Shown piece by piece: positions 13,791 through 14,043 of a stretch of DNA of 14,043 nt. The notes beneath the pieces were generated by a model, which worked only from the letters and a program-made list of their open reading frames with translations, did no database searches and was not told the DNA's origin. The DNA is taken from IMG/VR virus record IMGVR_UViG_3300038318_000230, positions 1 to 14,043 of that record; one strand, written 5' to 3'. The translations under genes were made by a program, and so were the position numbers. Source of the DNA: a virus. Position 1 is the first letter of the stretch; every line of letters starts with the position of its first letter.

Positions 13791-14043
13791 ATGACGCGTA
13801 TTATAGCACTTGTAAACCAAAAGGGCGGCGTAGGTAAAACCACAAGTACAATAAATATAGGAGCTGCACTTGCAAAGGCCGGTAAACGTGTTTTATTGGT
13901 TGACCTGGATCCGCAGGGGAATTTAACCGTTAGCTTAGGCATAATGGCGCATGAATTGGAAGCGACCTTATACGAAGTGCTTACAGGAGCCTTTACAGCA
14001 GCCCAGGCGACCATTAAAAAGAATTATGATGTAATACCCGCCG
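13791..14043 (+). CDS. parA: ParA/Soj-family partition ATPase, N-terminal part (runs off the window end and continues at 1-614)
   Basis: ATG 13791 lies 9-10 nt after GGAGG (13776-13780). [44 protein letters not shown] contains the deviant Walker A KGGxGKT. Confidence 0.9.
   Translation, partial: MTRIIALVNQKGGVGKTTSTINIGAALAKAGKRVLLVDLDPQGNLTVSLGIMAHELEATLYEVLTGAFTAAQATIKKNYDVIPA
13945..14043. repeat. Terminal overlap, copy 2 (identical to 1-99)
   Basis: 99/99 identity with 1-99. Confidence 0.9.

Larger units (their letters stand above)
1..13944 (+). mobile_element. Complete circular ~13.9-kb extrachromosomal element with plasmid partition/replication modules and a tail-less HK97-type head and packaging module (capsid-forming phage-satellite-like)
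   Basis: The 99-nt terminal identity gives a 13,944-bp unit, and the parA reading frame closes in phase across the junction. Gene content is as listed in the features below. No tail, lysis, integrase or repressor genes were recognised in any frame. Confidence 0.6.

Noticed and set aside
2741-13887. Isolated GTTTAC/GTAAAC hexamers inside coding regions (for example 2741, 6911, 7091, 7719, 8957, 10954, 11848, 12798, 13812 and 13882)
   Set aside because: A 6-mer of this composition is expected several times by chance on two strands in 14 kb. These copies lack the extended ATTAAA flank and the 9-bp phasing seen in intergenic copies.
197-14014. All minus-strand ORFs in the six-frame track (for example 197-547, 2104-2493, 7994-8413, 9609-9911, 12758-13054 and 13769-14014)
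   Set aside because: Each lies fully inside a well-supported plus-strand gene. They lack ribosome-binding sites and have low-complexity, Cys/Leu/Ser-rich translations typical of shadow ORFs. No intergenic promoter faces that strand.
1-14043. Integrase, tail, lysis, tRNA and toxin genes, and attachment sites
   Set aside because: I looked through every ORF of 59 aa or more, and through the intergenic regions. I found no tyrosine or serine recombinase motifs, no long tape-measure-like ORF, no holin- or endolysin-like sequences and no cloverleaf-like tRNA candidates. Their absence is reported as an observation, not as a feature. It needs HMM confirmation.

Overview
The first 99 nt (1-99) are identical to the last 99 nt (13945-14043). 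The window is therefore best read as one complete circular replicon of 13,944 bp, opened inside a parA gene. All credible genes lie on the + strand, in about five transcription units with sigma-70-like promoters (TTGAC-N17/18-TAnnAT), strong AAGGAG-type ribosome-binding sites and hairpin/T-tract terminators. This style suggests a Gram-positive (Bacillota-like) host, but that is inference.

The content falls into three modules:
1. Plasmid-type maintenance: a ParA/Soj ATPase, a small ribbon-helix-helix-like partner, a Xis/AlpA-type HTH protein and arrays of 9-bp repeats.
2. Replication: a 517-aa protein followed directly by four 22-bp iterons, then a Prim-Pol/PriCT/DnaB-like helicase fusion.
3. 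An HK97-type head and packaging module: portal, prohead protease, major capsid protein, gp6-like connector, HNH endonuclease, small and large terminase, and a head-tail adaptor.

I can recognise no tail, lysis, integrase or cI-like repressor genes. The most interesting reading is an episomal, plasmid-maintained, capsid-forming phage-satellite-like element that would need a helper phage for tails and lysis.

Other signals worth a second look:
- A 13-mer, GTAAACATTAAA(G/T), sits next to four promoters.
- Arrays of the same core motif are phased at 9 bp.
- A cold-shock-domain gene at the head of the capsid operon is frameshifted.
- The palindrome GGATCC is strikingly over-represented (17 copies).

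Functional calls come from motif recognition by eye. No database search was possible.
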